A stretch of 60,572 nucleotides of DNA, filler included, from Bdellovibrionota bacterium (GTDB lineage Bacteria > Bdellovibrionota > Bdellovibrionia > Bdellovibrionales > JAEYZS01): the NCBI GenBank assembly GCA_963169515.1. It is 5 parts of 5 records of this genome, joined end to end, with 100 filler letters (N's around TTAATTAATTAA, not from the genome) between each part and the next. Parts side by side here need not be neighbours in the genome. Positions count along the whole stretch, not along the records: positions 56,612 to 60,572 come from CAUJEF010000171.1; 4 more parts are not named here. One strand, written 5' to 3'. The translations under genes were made by a program, and so were the position numbers. Under the pieces are notes generated by a model. The model did no database searches. It was not told the origin of the DNA and worked only from the letters and a program-made list of their open reading frames with translations. Below are positions 58,437 through 60,572 of this stretch, in pieces (positions within the stretch are counted from its first letter, which is position 1; every line of letters begins with the position of its first letter).

Positions 58437-59470
58437 TCTTGTTCCGATCTTTCAACTACCTCGCCTACAATCTGTGCTGACGGAAATCTTTTTCTTAATC
58501 TTTGTAAAGTCTCATCGGCTTCAGAGGGGTTAACAGATAATAACAAGCCTCCGCTGGTTTGCGGATCGAATAGTACGAGGGTGTCTTTATCTGAAAATTT
58601 TGAAAAATCGCAGCGAGCTTGTACATACTCTCTGTTCGAACGGTGAGCCTTGGTCAAAAACCCTTCCGTTAACGATTGGATTGTTTTTTGAAATACAGGC
58701 AGTTTTTCATACTGTATTTTAAAGCTGACGTTGGAAGCCTGTGCCATTTGCATGGCATGCCCTGCAAAACCAAATCCCGTGATATCCGTCGCCGAGTGTA
58801 TGGCGCTCCTTTGTACTTTGTTGAGCAGATCGGAAGTTCGATTAATTTGCCCCATGGATACTATTGCGTCGGAAATTTCTTGTTCGGACCAAGCGTTTCT
58901 CTTTAAGCCAGCGGTCAGCGTACCAGTTCCAAGTGATTTTGTTAGGATGAGGGTATCACCGAGGCGGCATTTTGAATTTGACCAAATGGACGTCGTGTCC
59001 ACATATCCGGTAACAGACAACCCGAATTTGATAGTTTCATCGTCAATAGAATGGCCGCCAACTAAACACGCCTCGGCCTCGCGTATCACATCAGAGGCCC
59101 CCTGCAAAATATCAACGGCAATAGACGGGTCTAGAGATGTTATAGGGAAGGCAAGTATGGCCATGGTCGTTTTGGGTTCGCCCCCCATTGCATAAACGTC
59201 GCTCAAGGCGTTGGCGGCGCTTATTCTTCCGAATAATTTCGGCGTATCCACAATGGGTGTAAAAAAATCTAAAGTTTGAACGAGAGAGAGTTCCTCTGAA
59301 ATTTTATATATGGCGGCGTCGTCGAAGAGCGCCCCATCAATTAATAAATTTGAATCTGGATTGGGAAATCTCACGTGGGAAAGAATTTTTCTCAAATCCA
59401 CAGCGGCAATTTTTGCAGCACATCCACCTTTTTTAACAGTTTGCGTTAGGCGAATACTACTCTGGTCCAT
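58421..59470 (-). CDS. selD: selenide, water dikinase (Cys-type)
   Basis: RLTQ....GGCAAK, DDAA, TLDFFTPIVD, NALSDVYAMGG, TDITGFG, DPQTSGGLL. Confidence 0.96.
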   Translation of the reverse strand: MDQSSIRLTQTVKKGGCAAKIAAVDLRKILSHVRFPNPDSNLLIDGALFDDAAIYKISEELSLVQTLDFFTPIVDTPKLFGRISAANALSDVYAMGGEPKTTMAILAFPITSLDPSIAVDILQGASDVIREAEACLVGGHSIDDETIKFGLSVTGYVDTTSIWSNSKCRLGDTLILTKSLGTGTLTAGLKRNAWSEQEISDAIVSMGQINRTSDLLNKVQRSAIHSATDITGFGFAGHAMQMAQASNVSFKIQYEKLPVFQKTIQSLTEGFLTKAHRSNREYVQARCDFSKFSDKDTLVLFDPQTSGGLLLSVNPSEADETLQRLRKRFPSAQIVGEVVERSEQDWILI

Positions 59471-59505
59471 GGCCAGTAATTTATGAAGCAAAGAAAGGCT
59501 TCGTC

Positions 59506-59594
59506 AAGGTACGCCGTTCCCTTTCAGGAGACAGCGCACCGTAAGCGTGCAAGCAAAATGACGTGCTGTCTCCTGAAAGGGAACGGCGTACCTT
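59506..59594. repeat. 89-bp palindromic element (REPIN/MITE-like, copy 2)
   Basis: 30-bp perfect arms AAGGTACGCCGTTCCCTTTCAGGAGACAGC with a different 29-nt core. Confidence 0.9.
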
Positions 59595-60572
59595 ACTGCA
59601 ACATTCGATCTTCAAAGGCAGCCAGAGCTGCCTTTGCGCCTTCACCCATGGAAATAATAATCTGTTTGTACGGCGTCGTGGTTACGTCGCCAGCAGCGTA
59701 GATTCCGGGTTCTGAGGTGTGGCCCTTGTGATCCACAATGATTTCTCCAAAATTTGATAGGTTGACGACGCCTTTCAAAAACTGACTATTCGGCAGCAAA
59801 CCAATTTGAATAAACACACCTTCCAAGGTTTCTGTCTTTACGACTTTTGTGGCTCGGTCTTCGTATTCTAAGCCTACAACTTTTTGACCATCGCCCACGA
59901 TTTTTTGCGTGCGCGCGTTTGCAATGATTGAAACGTTTTTTAAGGATTTCAGTTTATCAACCAAGATTTGATCAGCTTTTAATTTTTCATTAAATTCGAA
60001 AACAACTACTTGGCTTACGATCCCGGCTAAATCGATTGCGGCTTCGACACCGGAATTGCCACCGCCAATAACCGCGATTTTTCTGCCTTTGTAGAAAGGT
60101 CCATCGCAGTGAGGGCAGAAGGCGACCCCGCGACCGAGATATTCCTTTTCGCCAGGCACTCCGAGCTCGCGCCATTTGGCTCCTGTTGCCACTATGACTG
60201 CATCGGCAGATAAAGATTCGCCGCTTTCGAGTTCTATAGTTTTAGTTTTTTCTTTTTTGATATTTTTTACTTTTCGATTTTCAAAAATCTGAATCGGGTA
60301 TTGAGCAATATGTTGCCCAAGGCTCGCAGCCAATTGTGGGCCTTCGGTGTAGGGAACCGAAATTAGATTTTCAATTCCACGAGTTTCCTGAACTTGTCCG
60401 CCAAATTTTTCAGCTAGCAAGGCAGTTTTTAAACCCTTGCGCACGCTATAAATCGCAGCCGACACGCCTGCGGGACCGCCGCCCACAACCACGACGTCGA
60501 AATGACCCAGGTTCATATCCACAACATCGTTTTCGCTTTCCGAAATACCAAATGTGGATTCGAGCTTTTGAA
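59593..60572 (-). CDS. ahpF: alkyl hydroperoxide reductase subunit F, C-terminal part (5' beyond window)
   Basis: [49 protein letters not shown]; frame stays open to the window end. Confidence 0.92.
   Translation of the reverse strand, partial: QKLESTFGISESENDVVDMNLGHFDVVVVGGGPAGVSAAIYSVRKGLKTALLAEKFGGQVQETRGIENLISVPYTEGPQLAASLGQHIAQYPIQIFENRKVKNIKKEKTKTIELESGESLSADAVIVATGAKWRELGVPGEKEYLGRGVAFCPHCDGPFYKGRKIAVIGGGNSGVEAAIDLAGIVSQVVVFEFNEKLKADQILVDKLKSLKNVSIIANARTQKIVGDGQKVVGLEYEDRATKVVKTETLEGVFIQIGLLPNSQFLKGVVNLSNFGEIIVDHKGHTSEPGIYAAGDVTTTPYKQIIISMGEGAKAALAAFEDRMLQ

Noticed and set aside
56287..59470. tRNA-Lys(UUU)/tRNA-Glu(UUC) close to mnmH-selD, whose substrates they are
   Set aside because: A contig-join spacer separates them, so the proximity is accidental
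59410..59470. Selenocysteine recoding in SelD
   Set aside because: The catalytic position is a Cys codon; no in-frame TGA
59483..59701. Short ORFs spanning the palindromes and the many antisense ORFs in the track
   Set aside because: Shadow ORFs overlapping well-supported genes or repeats, with no recognisable motifs

Overview
This window is five unrelated contigs joined by artificial 100-nt N/TTAATTAATTAA spacers (23415-23514, 37320-37419, 49051-49150, 56512-56611), so no synteny should be inferred across those joins. Gene content points to a Bdellovibrionota-like predatory bacterium: a maf-yggS-proC/divIVA locus next to tadC and FHA genes, an Agl-Glt-like gliding cluster, an FNNC-type lipoprotein, a DUF4360 protein and a sigma28 flagellin. 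Contig 1 carries hppD, a 5'-nucleotidase, a panG-panB-panC-coaBC-coaX-panD operon, a KDSR-like SDR, an ECF sigma/anti-sigma module with a divergent envelope operon, rRNA methyltransferases, LMF1, bcp, an AI-2E transporter and ettA. Contig 2 carries the FHA/tadC/divIVA region, thyA-folA and flagellin. Contig 3 carries the gliding motor cluster and an orphan MotAB operon led by a large unknown membrane protein. Contig 4 carries dauA and an AT-rich toxin-antitoxin island downstream of tRNA-Lys/tRNA-Glu. Contig 5 carries the end of nrdJ, selD-mnmH and part of ahpF. The best leads are: (1) a REPIN-like family of 83-89 bp palindromes abutting stop codons; (2) a matched pair of ECF promoters that defines a small regulon; (3) a missed 36-aa very basic ORF resembling a small ribosomal protein; (4) a degenerate M48-like membrane protein coupled to MotAB; (5) a thioester-like/DUF6973 lipoprotein with an immunity-like partner; (6) an in-frame stop interrupting a PAS-like domain. 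All family calls come from motif recognition, not database searches.
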